Shown here: piece after piece, positions 1-9,141 of the stretch
How the letters are laid out: each line of letters opens with the position of its first letter
Numbering within the stretch: the stretch's first letter is position 1
Assembly: GCA_017405245.1 (NCBI GenBank)
Contig: JAFRAU010000036.1
Location: 5,722-69,721 of the forward strand
Origin: Candidatus Saccharimonadota bacterium
Lineage (GTDB): Bacteria; Patescibacteriota; Saccharimonadia; Saccharimonadales; Saccharimonadaceae
Reading direction: 5' to 3'
DNA length: 64,000 bases
Made by a program: the position numbers and the translations under genes
The notes under the pieces: generated by a model
What the model was told of the DNA's origin: nothing
The model's input: the letters and a program-made list of their open reading frames with translations, nothing else
Databases searched by the model: none

Positions 1-1
1 A

Positions 2-505
2 ACGATTAATTTTGGTGTAATGTATGGAATGAGTGCAAAGGGTTTGGCGGATGCGACAGGAATGTATATTGAAGATGCCAGGAAGTTTATTGATGACTAT
101 TTTGCAGTAAGAAAACCGATTAGAGAATATCTAGATAAGATACTAAAACAGGCGCAGACAGAAGGATACGTGGAAACGTATTATGGTAGAAGGAGGCCGA
201 CTCCGGATGTGAAATCGCCAAACTATTTAGTAAGGCAGGGTGCGGAGCGGGCAGCGATGAATATGCCGATTCAAGGAACGGAAGCTGACCTAATGAAACG
301 AGCAATGATAAAGATTGATAAATTGTTACCTGAGGGTGCAAGATTGATTTTGCAGGTGCATGATTCACTAATCGTTGAATGTGGCGAAGACCAGACGGAG
401 GAAGTAGCTGAAATGCTAAAAGAGACGATGGAGAAAATTGCGCCGGAGCTTAACATAAAACTGGCGGTGGAAGTGACGATTGGAGATAACTGGGGAGAGT
501 TATAG
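2..505 (+). CDS. polA: DNA polymerase I, C-terminal fragment (5' part lies outside the window)
   Basis: Frame stays open to the window edge. TINFGVMYGMSAKGLA and QVHDSLIVEC match family-A polymerase palm/finger motifs. Confidence 0.9.
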   Translation, partial: TINFGVMYGMSAKGLADATGMYIEDARKFIDDYFAVRKPIREYLDKILKQAQTEGYVETYYGRRRPTPDVKSPNYLVRQGAERAAMNMPIQGTEADLMKRAMIKIDKLLPEGARLILQVHDSLIVECGEDQTEEVAEMLKETMEKIAPELNIKLAVEVTIGDNWGEL

Positions 506-557
506 AGGACTGGTTTGGTGGGGTGATATTGTCAGTTGATTCGAGCGAGGTATATAG

Positions 558-1607
558 ATGGCTAAGGAAAAACAGATAGAGATATATAAGGGTAGTAAGG
601 GGGAGGTAGTATTTAATGTTGATAAGGAAAATGAGACGATTTGGGCGACACAGGCACAAATCGCAGAACTTTTTGATGTTGATAGAACGGTGATAGGTCG
701 GCATCTTAGAAATATTTTTAAGGATGGCGAATTAGAGGAAAAACGAGTATGTGCAAAAAATGCACATACTGCTGCGGATGGAAAAACATATGTAGTAAAC
801 TTCTATAATCTAGATGCAATTATCTCTGTTGGATATCGAGTGAACTCTAAGAAGGCAACGAGTTTCAGGATTTGGGCGACAAAAACTTTACATCAATACA
901 TAGTAGACGGTGTGGCAGTGAATGAATACAGGATAAAACAATTAGGCGCGGAGAAGCTAAAAAATGTAGAAAATATGATGGGGGTAGTAAGAAGGCTAAT
1001 CAGTAGGCAAGAACTTGATGCCGGTGAGGCGACTGGCGTGCTGGAAGTAATATCAAAATACGCAGGGAGTTTTCAGGCGCTGAAAGAATATGATGATGGG
1101 TATATTGACCTTTCCGCTGTGAACGAAATGGGAAAAAGCAAAAGCGCAACCAATTCTAAAAACGCTAGTGGTAAAAAGAAAACTGATTATGCTAATTATA
1201 AGCAGAAACAGTTAACACCCGAAATGTGTGCTAAGATGATCGACGAGTTAAGGGCAAGCTTGAATGGGGGAGAGCTATTTGGAAAGAGAAGAGACGAAAG
1301 TTTTGACGGCGCAGTAGAGGCGATTTATCAGAGCTATGATGGGGTAGAGCTTTATCCAAGTGTTTCGGAGAAGGCGGCAAATCTATTGTATTTTATTATC
1401 AAGGACCACCCATTTTATGATGGGAATAAAAGAATTGGAGCGTTGCTCTTTATTGTATTTTTGACGATTAATGATTGTCATTTGACGGAGAGTGGAGAGA
1501 CAAAAATTTCTGATAGAGCATTAACGGCGCTAGCACTTTTAATTGCTGAAAGTGAGCCAACAGAAAAAGAGCTAATTGTAAATTTGACAAGAAAGCTATT
1601 AGAGTAA
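558..1607 (+). CDS. RhuM-family N-terminal domain fused to a Fic/Doc-type domain
   Basis: N-terminus (IWATQAQIAELFDVDRTVIGRHLRNIF...GYRVNSKKATSFRIWATK) resembles RhuM-family proteins. C-terminus carries HPFYDGNKRIGALLF, the Doc-type variant of the Fic motif. Confidence 0.75.
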   Translation: MAKEKQIEIYKGSKGEVVFNVDKENETIWATQAQIAELFDVDRTVIGRHLRNIFKDGELEEKRVCAKNAHTAADGKTYVVNFYNLDAIISVGYRVNSKKATSFRIWATKTLHQYIVDGVAVNEYRIKQLGAEKLKNVENMMGVVRRLISRQELDAGEATGVLEVISKYAGSFQALKEYDDGYIDLSAVNEMGKSKSATNSKNASGKKKTDYANYKQKQLTPEMCAKMIDELRASLNGGELFGKRRDESFDGAVEAIYQSYDGVELYPSVSEKAANLLYFIIKDHPFYDGNKRIGALLFIVFLTINDCHLTESGETKISDRALTALALLIAESEPTEKELIVNLTRKLLE

Positions 1608-1618
1608 CGACGAAGAAA

Positions 1619-2431
1619 ATGAAAAATTGGAACAAGACAGAATATAAGGAACTCCAAAATAGACTTTTTGAGGAGGCGGAAGAGGGATACAGAGATTTTG
1701 TACTAAATGGATTAATTACGGAGCGGCCAATTTTAGGGGTGAGAATACCAAAGTGTAAAGTGATAGCCAAAGAGATTTTGGCAGGATGCGTGAATGAAGG
1801 AGTAGTCCGCGAGGAGATGATATCTAACTTTCTTAAAAATGAGCCAGTAGCATTTGAGGAAGTGGCGGTGCGAGGATATGTGATTGCGGGGCTTCCATAT
1901 GAGCGAATGAAAAGAGAAATGTATCCGTTTATACAACTAATTGATAACTGGGAAATATGCGATACTTTTTGTGCAGAAATGAAGAAGAATATCAGAAAAA
2001 ACCAGACGGATTTTTTGAATGAGATTGATAAAATGTTGAAATCGCTAGACGAATTCCAGACGCGAGTAGCGCTGGTGTGTTTATTAGACCATTACGTGAG
2101 TGCGGATTATCTGAACGTGATTTTTGATAGAATAGCCGATATAGCGAAATATTTGTCTGATGGAGAAGGAGAAATGTCAGTGGTAAGAAAAAAAGGTGAA
2201 ACTGGTGGTGAGCGCATAGGAACAGTACTTTCATGGGATGCTTACTATGTAAAAATGGCGATAGCATGGTTAATATCAGTATGTTTTGCAAAATTTCCGG
2301 ATGAGACCTTGTTGTTCTTTGAAGATTTAAAGCTTCCGAGATGGACCTATAATAAGGCGATTAGTAAAACTTGCGAATCATATAGAGTAGATAAAAGTTT
2401 GAAAGAAGAGCTTAGACGATTTAGAAGATAG
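1619..2431 (+). CDS. DNA alkylation repair protein (AlkD-like HEAT-repeat glycosylase family)
   Basis: IDNWEICDTF, AIAWLISVCF and NKAISKTCESYRV resemble conserved blocks of the DNA alkylation repair family. Confidence 0.65.
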   Translation: MKNWNKTEYKELQNRLFEEAEEGYRDFVLNGLITERPILGVRIPKCKVIAKEILAGCVNEGVVREEMISNFLKNEPVAFEEVAVRGYVIAGLPYERMKREMYPFIQLIDNWEICDTFCAEMKKNIRKNQTDFLNEIDKMLKSLDEFQTRVALVCLLDHYVSADYLNVIFDRIADIAKYLSDGEGEMSVVRKKGETGGERIGTVLSWDAYYVKMAIAWLISVCFAKFPDETLLFFEDLKLPRWTYNKAISKTCESYRVDKSLKEELRRFRR

Positions 2432-2510
2432 ATGATTAATTTTAGTGTTCGATTTTAAATTTTGCTTATGGTTTGAAACTGGGGTGGTTTTGATATAATA
2501 TATATAATAT

Positions 2511-3458
2511 ATGCCAGAGTTACCAGAAGTAGAGACAATTCGTCGGGGGCTTGTTAAATTTTGTGTACATGAAAAAATAGAAGAGGTACAGATTCTTTGT
2601 GCAAAATCTTTTATTGGCCCAAAGGAAGTAGTGGAGGAGCACGAGGTTTTAGGGTTAAGAAGATATGGAAAAGCATTGATTGTGGATCTCTCAGGTGGGA
2701 TTTCAATGATGGTGCATCTACGGATGACAGGACAGCTAGTATGGGATAATACCTCTGATAAAAAAGTATTGCAGCAGGAAAATTTGGGCGTAGCTTTTGG
2801 AGCAGAAAATAGTGGACTCATAAGTGCGTCAGTAGAAAAGTGTACACATGCTTTTGCGGGAGGACATCCGTCGGATACGTTTTTTGATGAGCTACCAAAT
2901 AAACAGACACGTGTAGTTATCAAAATGAATGATGGGACACTTTACTTTAATGATCAGCGAAAATTTGGTTTTATAAAAGTGATGCCAACAGCAGAAGTGG
3001 AGCAAGATAAGTTTATCGCGAGCTTGGCGCCAGAACCATGGAAGTGTGATGCTGAAAAGATATATCAGGTTTTCCAGAGGAAGAAGAATTCTCCGATTAA
3101 AGCAGTAATATTAGATCAGAAAGTAATAGCAGGGATTGGCAATATTTATGCAGATGAAGCGCTTTTTTATGCAGGGATTCATCCAGAGAGAAAAGCTGGG
3201 AGTTTGAGTCTAAATGAGGTAAAGAAGCTGCTTGAAGGAGCATGCAAGTCGATGGATGCTTCGATAAATGCTGGTGGCTCAACGATGGCAACGTATGTAA
3301 GAGCGGATGGAACAAAGGGCGATTATCTAGAAAAGTTTGCGCAAGTATTTAGAAGGGAAGGACAACCTTGCTACAAGTGTGGCGTAGAAATTATAAAAAT
3401 TAGGGTGGCGGGTAGAGGAACGCACATTTGTCCAAACTGTCAGAGGTTAGTAGCATGA
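2511..3458 (+). CDS. mutM: Formamidopyrimidine-DNA glycosylase
   Basis: N-terminal MPELPEVE (catalytic Pro2/Glu3). C-terminal zinc finger CYKCG...CPNCQ. Confidence 0.9.
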   Translation: MPELPEVETIRRGLVKFCVHEKIEEVQILCAKSFIGPKEVVEEHEVLGLRRYGKALIVDLSGGISMMVHLRMTGQLVWDNTSDKKVLQQENLGVAFGAENSGLISASVEKCTHAFAGGHPSDTFFDELPNKQTRVVIKMNDGTLYFNDQRKFGFIKVMPTAEVEQDKFIASLAPEPWKCDAEKIYQVFQRKKNSPIKAVILDQKVIAGIGNIYADEALFYAGIHPERKAGSLSLNEVKKLLEGACKSMDASINAGGSTMATYVRADGTKGDYLEKFAQVFRREGQPCYKCGVEIIKIRVAGRGTHICPNCQRLVA

Positions 3459-4147
3459 TATACGTTTTTTATGGAGACGATAGGGTAAAAATCCAGAGAG
3501 AAATTCAGAAGATTTTGGGTGAAGATTATGAAGTGTTTGAAGGTGAGACTTTAAAGCCGGCTGATATATATAATATATGTCAGGGAAATACATTGTTTGC
3601 TAGTGTTAGAAAAATATTGATTAAAGATTTGACACCGAGTAGAAAGACATCGGAAGAAAGTGCTGACGAGGACGCTGGTAAAGGAGCAAATGACAATAGC
3701 AACCCGACTGATTATTATGAAATTTTTGGGCAATTTGTGAACACGCGACATGAGATTGCGATTTGGGAAACGACAGTGTCGCAGAAAAAATCATATAAAG
3801 ATTTTATTAAAAATAAAAAAGTAGAAGTAAAAAAGATTATGTTGCCAGAAATAGATAAATGGGCAACGTTTAAAATTTTTGATTTGGCATATCGTGACGG
3901 GAAAAAAGCGGTAAGCGAACTAAATAAGTTGATAGAAGAAAGTAAGAATGGAGGGAAAGAAATGGACCCTTATATGACGTTGGGAGCTTTTGCTAGCTCG
4001 GCGCTTAAAAAATTTGAAGCGCACCCTGGGAGAAAAGAAAAGAGAGTCCTTAAAGAACTCTCTAAACTGGATATACAGATGAAAACTACAACGATGAACC
4101 CTTGGGTGATTATTTCGTCTTTTTTGCTGCGGATTTCGCAGTGGTAG
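3455..4147 (+). CDS. holA: DNA polymerase III delta subunit-like protein
   Basis: I prefer the start at MIYVFYGDD, which overlaps the mutM stop as ATGA. N-terminal pattern is delta-like. Similarity is weak, and the 3' end overlaps the rpsT 3' end by 38 nt. Confidence 0.45.
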   Translation: MIYVFYGDDRVKIQREIQKILGEDYEVFEGETLKPADIYNICQGNTLFASVRKILIKDLTPSRKTSEESADEDAGKGANDNSNPTDYYEIFGQFVNTRHEIAIWETTVSQKKSYKDFIKNKKVEVKKIMLPEIDKWATFKIFDLAYRDGKKAVSELNKLIEESKNGGKEMDPYMTLGAFASSALKKFEAHPGRKEKRVLKELSKLDIQMKTTTMNPWVIISSFLLRISQW

Positions 4148-4535
4148 ATTTCTTGGTGGTTCCTTTTGCCGCGGATTTGGTAGCTTTTGCGGTTTTTGCA
4201 GTAGTCTTTGAAGATGTTTTCTTAGCAGCTGGCTCTTTCTTGGTGCTTTTTGCCGTAGTAGTGTTTGCTGATTTTTTAGCGGAAGCTGGCTTAATATTGG
4301 CGGCTTTTGCGATTTTAGCAAGCGCAGCTTTACGGCGAGAAGCGGTATTTTTCTTGATTAAATCTTTTTTGACGGCTTTGTCGTACTCGGACTGAACCTT
4401 AGCAAGATTTTCTGCGGTAGGATGAGCCTTGAATTCTTTCAAAGCGGTCTTGATGGTTTTCTTGATTTGCTTGTTGTGCTCGGTGCGCTTTTCTGCCTGT
4501 CGAGCGGCTTTTTTAGCAGATTTAATAATCGGCAT
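4110..4535 (-). CDS. rpsT: 30S ribosomal protein S20 with a long Lys/Ala/Thr-rich C-terminal extension
   Basis: MPIIKSAKKAARQAEKRTEHNKQIKK is the S20 signature. Residues from about 85 to 141 are an AKK/TAK low-complexity tail. Confidence 0.85.
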   Translation of the reverse strand: MPIIKSAKKAARQAEKRTEHNKQIKKTIKTALKEFKAHPTAENLAKVQSEYDKAVKKDLIKKNTASRRKAALAKIAKAANIKPASAKKSANTTTAKSTKKEPAAKKTSSKTTAKTAKATKSAAKGTTKKSTTAKSAAKKTK

Positions 4536-4757
4536 TAGTAGTTTCCTATATAGTTATTTAATAATATATTATTGATTAGGATTTATTATACACCAGTTTT
4601 AAGAGATTGTAAAGAGTTTTATAAGAGGGAAGCGAAGATGAGGCAGGAAAAATACAGTGTGAGGGATAAAAATCTGATAATTATCTGGAACAAAAGGGTT
4701 GATTTCTGATAGTTATTATGCTATTCTGAAAGTGTAATAATTAACTTTCAAATAAAA

Positions 4758-6956
4758 ATGCCAAGCGAGACAGATACAACTAAAAAGACGGTGGGTAAAG
4801 ATACAGAACGGCCAGTGAAGCCGCCAGTGGATGAGACATTGTCACGCGTAATTGAAAAAATTGAAGGTGCGGATAGTATTTTGGTGGCATTGTCGCGGGA
4901 CCCGTCAGTAGACGAGATTGCGGCGGCGATAGGGTTGACATTATCGCTAGATAGAATGGGGAAACACGCAACGGCAATATATTCTGGAAAGACACCAAAT
5001 GCAGTAGCATTTTTGGAGCCAGAGAAAACTTTTGAGACTAATACTAATTCTTTACAGGATTTTATTATTGCGCTCGATAAAGAAAAAGCAGACCATTTAC
5101 GATATAAAATTGAAGGTGATTTTGTAAAAGTTTATATTACGCCGTATCGAACAACGATTAATGAAAGCGACTTGGAGTTTTCACATGGTGAAGTAAATGT
5201 GGATATGGTGATTTCGCTGAATGTAGTGGCAACGGAGGATTTAGATGCAGCGTTAGCAGAGCATGGACGAATTATGCACGATGCCGTTTCGATTAATATT
5301 TCTAATGGCGTACCTGGAAGGTTGGGTGGATTAGAGTGGAACGACACGAGGATGTCGTCGGTATCAGAGATGATAATGAAATATCTGGTGACAGCGGGAG
5401 CCACAATCGAAAAAGATGTAGCAACGGCGTTACTTACAGGAATTGTGGCGGCGACAGAGAGATTTTCTAATCAGAAGACGACGCCTGAGACGATGGCGGC
5501 CTCTGCGGAACTAATGAAATATGGGGCAGACCAACAGCTAATTGTGGCGCATATGGAAGAGGTAAAGGAGCCAGAACCGGAAGAAACGTCTGCGGAGCAA
5601 GAGACTTTGGCAGGAGAAAAGGTAAAGCCGGGTAGTATTGATGTGAGCCACGAAGATGAAGATGAGACTGGTGATACTGCTAATAAGACTGCTTCTGCTA
5701 CGGATAGTGTTGCTAATGATATTACTGATGAGGCTACTAACAATGTTGATGGCAATACTCAATATACAAATCCATTAGAGCTTGCTAAGGCGGCAACTGC
5801 GGAAGCATTAGGAGAGAACTTGGCGTCTTCAAGTGATAATGTCTCGCAAAGTGATGATACAAAAGTGGAAGAGGCAGCGCCGATTTCTACGGAAAATTTA
5901 TCACATATGCCAGCGGAAGAGAAAAATGTACTAAGTCCAGAGCAAGAACTGGAAAAAATGATTACTGGAAAAAATACGGCTACTACGAGTGGGTCGCTAA
6001 TGGCGGATTTAGTTGAGGCGGCAAAAGCTGAGGCTGAGAAGGATGGGTCGGAAAATTCAAATGAGACGAAAGAGCCAGTTTTGGGAATGAAAGCGACAGA
6101 TGATGCTTCTAATGAACTAAGCATAGATAAGTCTGATGCTCCTGAGGTGAAACCTACTTCTGATGGAGAGTCAGTAATGGCGGCTGTTCCAACAGAGGAA
6201 GTACCAGTGGCACAAGTTTATAATGCGCCGACAGAAGCAGTACAGATGAATGATAAGGTGATGCAACCGGTAGAGGAGATTGAACAGCCAAAAGATTATG
6301 GGGCGATGATGGAAGAGGCCTTAGCGGAGTCGACAGCAATGGAGGCGATGCCAAATCCAGCAATAAATGCGGCGCCTAATGTGGCGACTGTACCGGAATT
6401 TCAACCGGGAGTGGTTCCAGCGACAATGATGTCGTCTGAGACTCAGCCAGGTGTAGCTCCGGCAGCGATACCGACAGCAGAAGTACAACCGAGCGTTATT
6501 CCAGCAGCGGAACAAAATGTGGCTGATATGGTGAATCAGATGGTAAATCAAGCGCAGCCAACGGGTAGTAATATGCCGATAGGTATGCAAGCAGAGCCAG
6601 TGATGTCACCAACAAATAATGCTGTGCCAGAATTGCCACCGCCGCCTGTACCGCCGATGCCGCCAATGAATATGGGGGCTAGCCCAGAGATGGTAGGAGT
6701 GCCTAGTTTACCACCAGTACAGCCAATTATGGAAGGGAATCCAGCAGTAGAGCAAGCGCCGTCAGCGACTGGGCAGAATATAGTCCCGCCAACAGATGCG
6801 CAGGACACATCAGCAGTAAATGGAATACCGGAAGCACCGCAGGGGGTGGCACCGCCGCCAGAACCAGTGAATCCGGTAGTTGTTCAGCCGATCCAAGATC
6901 CGACTAAGGTCCAGCCGGTTCAGGATCCAGGGGCATTTAAGATACCGGGGATGTAA
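4758..6956 (+). CDS. Hypothetical protein: degenerate DHH (NrnA-like) N-terminal domain plus a roughly 470-aa acidic/Pro-rich low-complexity region
   Basis: ILVALSRDPSVDEIAAAIGL and ATALLTGIVAATERFSNQKTTPETMAASAELMKYGAD resemble DHH-family blocks, but the DxD and DHH catalytic motifs are not conserved. The rest is E/A/P/V-rich (PPPPVPPMPPMNMG). Confidence 0.6.
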   Translation: MPSETDTTKKTVGKDTERPVKPPVDETLSRVIEKIEGADSILVALSRDPSVDEIAAAIGLTLSLDRMGKHATAIYSGKTPNAVAFLEPEKTFETNTNSLQDFIIALDKEKADHLRYKIEGDFVKVYITPYRTTINESDLEFSHGEVNVDMVISLNVVATEDLDAALAEHGRIMHDAVSINISNGVPGRLGGLEWNDTRMSSVSEMIMKYLVTAGATIEKDVATALLTGIVAATERFSNQKTTPETMAASAELMKYGADQQLIVAHMEEVKEPEPEETSAEQETLAGEKVKPGSIDVSHEDEDETGDTANKTASATDSVANDITDEATNNVDGNTQYTNPLELAKAATAEALGENLASSSDNVSQSDDTKVEEAAPISTENLSHMPAEEKNVLSPEQELEKMITGKNTATTSGSLMADLVEAAKAEAEKDGSENSNETKEPVLGMKATDDASNELSIDKSDAPEVKPTSDGESVMAAVPTEEVPVAQVYNAPTEAVQMNDKVMQPVEEIEQPKDYGAMMEEALAESTAMEAMPNPAINAAPNVATVPEFQPGVVPATMMSSETQPGVAPAAIPTAEVQPSVIPAAEQNVADMVNQMVNQAQPTGSNMPIGMQAEPVMSPTNNAVPELPPPPVPPMPPMNMGASPEMVGVPSLPPVQPIMEGNPAVEQAPSATGQNIVPPTDAQDTSAVNGIPEAPQGVAPPPEPVNPVVVQPIQDPTKVQPVQDPGAFKIPGM

Positions 6957-6959
6957 GCG

Positions 6960-7037
6960 ATGGTAATGCTTCCCATTATCGTAGCTGGTGCGATTTCTGC
7001 AACAATGTTGCTTTTGCTCGTAAAAACAGAAGGCTAA
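6960..7037 (+). CDS. Candidate 25-aa single-pass membrane mini-protein, in frame with the preceding gene
   Basis: MVMLPIIVAGAISATMLLLLVKTEG. Only TAA plus one Ala codon separate it from the upstream ORF, and it is in the same frame. Confidence 0.3.
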   Translation: MVMLPIIVAGAISATMLLLLVKTEG

Positions 7038-7100
7038 TTGCCGCTTATGAGCTTGACGTAAGTGCTACAAAAATAAAAATAGATTTGATATAATAAACAG

Positions 7101-7805
7101 GTGAATTTACTTAGTACTGAGATTTTACTTGTTGATAAACCTGCTTTGATGTCTTCTTTTGCGGTAGTGGCAAGGGTGAGGCGTGTATTAACTGAGCAAG
7201 TCCGCGAGAGGGCGGTGAAGCTTGGTCAGACTGCTCCGAAAAGAGCCAAGGTGGGGCATGCTGGAACATTAGATCCGTTTGCGACGGGTCTTTTAATATG
7301 CCTTCTTTCCAAGGGGACGAAAAAAGCGGGGGAGTTTTTGAAACTGGATAAAAGATATGAAGCGACAATATGTCTAGGAAAAACCTCTACAACGGGAGAT
7401 GTTGAAGGGGAGATATGTGAGTATAACTTTGTTGATAAAGCCATTCCTAATACTTCCCAAGTAGAGTCAGTTGTGAAGAAATTCCAGGGGGAGATAGAAC
7501 AGAAAGTGCCGATATATTCGGCGGTGAAAATTAATGGGCGGAGAGCGTATGACTTAGCTAGGAAGGGAATTGCTGCTGAAATGCCAATTAGGAAAGTGAA
7601 GATTTATGAAATTTCTGTGATGGATTATCAGTGGCCGTATCTTAAAATTGACTGCAAGGTGTCTTCTGGGACCTATATTCGGGCGCTAGGAGAGGATATT
7701 GGCAAGGCATTGGGAGTGGGAGGATATTTGACTGAGCTTAGACGAACTGAGATAGGGAAATACAAGGTGAGTGAGGCAAAGACGCTAGATGAGGTGATGG
7801 GGTAA
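7101..7805 (+). CDS. truB: tRNA pseudouridine(55) synthase
   Basis: GHAGTLDPFATGLL catalytic Asp motif. GTG start lies 7 nt after a TGaTATAAT -10 element (7086-7094). Confidence 0.9.
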   Translation: MNLLSTEILLVDKPALMSSFAVVARVRRVLTEQVRERAVKLGQTAPKRAKVGHAGTLDPFATGLLICLLSKGTKKAGEFLKLDKRYEATICLGKTSTTGDVEGEICEYNFVDKAIPNTSQVESVVKKFQGEIEQKVPIYSAVKINGRRAYDLARKGIAAEMPIRKVKIYEISVMDYQWPYLKIDCKVSSGTYIRALGEDIGKALGVGGYLTELRRTEIGKYKVSEAKTLDEVMG

Positions 7806-9098
7806 TCACTTTTTGAGTAGATTCTGGATGGCTTTTTTGGTAACTTTTAAATCTTCAAATGGGTGAGGGCCGTCGGCGCGGAGGATGGTTTTTTCGTGGC
7901 CCTTGCCAAGAATTAGGACAATGTCACCTTTTTTAGCGATAGAAATAGCTTGCTCTATCGCGGCAGTACGGTCTGGAATAAGGATAATATTATCTGGATT
8001 CATGCCAGCCTTAATGCAACCGTCCTTAAACTGTTCCATGATAGCTAAGGGATCTTCGTCACGAGAATCATCCTCTGTAATAACGCAAATGTCACTGTAC
8101 TTTCCGGCGATTTTTCCACGCTCGGCGCGAGTGCTTTCATCTCTCCTGCCAGCACCGCCAAAGAGAGAAATGATGCGGCCGGTTTTGCTAGGCGCTTTGA
8201 TAGAGGTGAATACCTTTTCGAAAGCGTCTGGGGTATGAGCAAAATCAACAATAACTTCAAAATCTTGTCCTAGGGAAATGCGATTCATGCGACCCTCGAC
8301 TTCTTCTAGTGCGGCAATGCCGGATGCGATTTGCTGGTTGGAAAGACCAAGTTTTAAGCCGACCGCAACGGTGGCGAGGGAATTATAGACATTGAATTCC
8401 CCAGGGAGATTGGTTTGGATTTTTATATCGTTACAGGCATATTTAACACCAGAAGCGGAAAGTTTAATAGAGGTGGCTTTTAAATCTGCGGACGATTTTA
8501 TACCATAGGTGATATAATTTTTTGTGGTGGAGTGAGTTTTAATAGTGGAGATGAATTTGTCGGCGGAGGGATCATCAGCATTAATTATGCCGTATTTTGC
8601 ATGAGAAAAGAGCTTAGTCTTAGCTTTGACGTAGTTTTTAAAGGTTTTATGATAGTCAAGATGCTCATGCGTGACATTAGTCATGACGGCGATTTCGATA
8701 GGGATACCAAGGGTGCGGAACTGAGTGAGTGCATGGGAAGTGACTTCTAGGACAAGAAACTCGGCACCTAGGTCTTTAATGATTTTCATGCGATGGTTCA
8801 AAGTGAAACTGTCGGCGGTGGTCATATGTTCGACCTGTTTGATGAGGCCGTCAGAATTTTTAGTTAATCCTGGTACTCCCCAGGCGACGGTGGTCATGAG
8901 ACCGGTTTTAAAACCGGCGTGACTTAACATTTTCCAAATCATAAAGCAGGTAGTAGTTTTACCATTTGTACCAGTGACTCCAATGACGCGAAGTTTTTTG
9001 CCGGGCCAGCCGTTTCTTGCTCCGGCGATGGCGGCTTGGCCAAAATGATAAGGGAGAACTAGTTGATTAAAACCTGGAATTTTGTCTTTCACACTCAT
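7806..9098 (-). CDS. murE: UDP-N-acetylmuramoyl-tripeptide synthetase (MurE-type Mur ligase)
   Basis: P-loop GVTGTNGKTTT. DFAHTPDA and FGGAGRRD blocks are typical of MurE. The diamino-acid specificity motif is not clear. Confidence 0.75.
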   Translation of the reverse strand: MSVKDKIPGFNQLVLPYHFGQAAIAGARNGWPGKKLRVIGVTGTNGKTTTCFMIWKMLSHAGFKTGLMTTVAWGVPGLTKNSDGLIKQVEHMTTADSFTLNHRMKIIKDLGAEFLVLEVTSHALTQFRTLGIPIEIAVMTNVTHEHLDYHKTFKNYVKAKTKLFSHAKYGIINADDPSADKFISTIKTHSTTKNYITYGIKSSADLKATSIKLSASGVKYACNDIKIQTNLPGEFNVYNSLATVAVGLKLGLSNQQIASGIAALEEVEGRMNRISLGQDFEVIVDFAHTPDAFEKVFTSIKAPSKTGRIISLFGGAGRRDESTRAERGKIAGKYSDICVITEDDSRDEDPLAIMEQFKDGCIKAGMNPDNIILIPDRTAAIEQAISIAKKGDIVLILGKGHEKTILRADGPHPFEDLKVTKKAIQNLLKK

Positions 9099-9141
9099 AA
9101 TGTATCTATTATATCACTATCTGGGTGCTATAATATAAGGT

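Noticed and set aside
2378-2923. 181-aa minus-strand ORF
   Set aside because: Antisense to mutM, which has an unambiguous Fpg N-terminus and zinc finger. No supporting signals.
4102-4395. 97-aa plus-strand ORF rich in Phe/Ala/Val
   Set aside because: It is the mirror image of the Lys/Ala-rich codons of the S20 tail on the other strand. Its composition is an artefact of that repeat.
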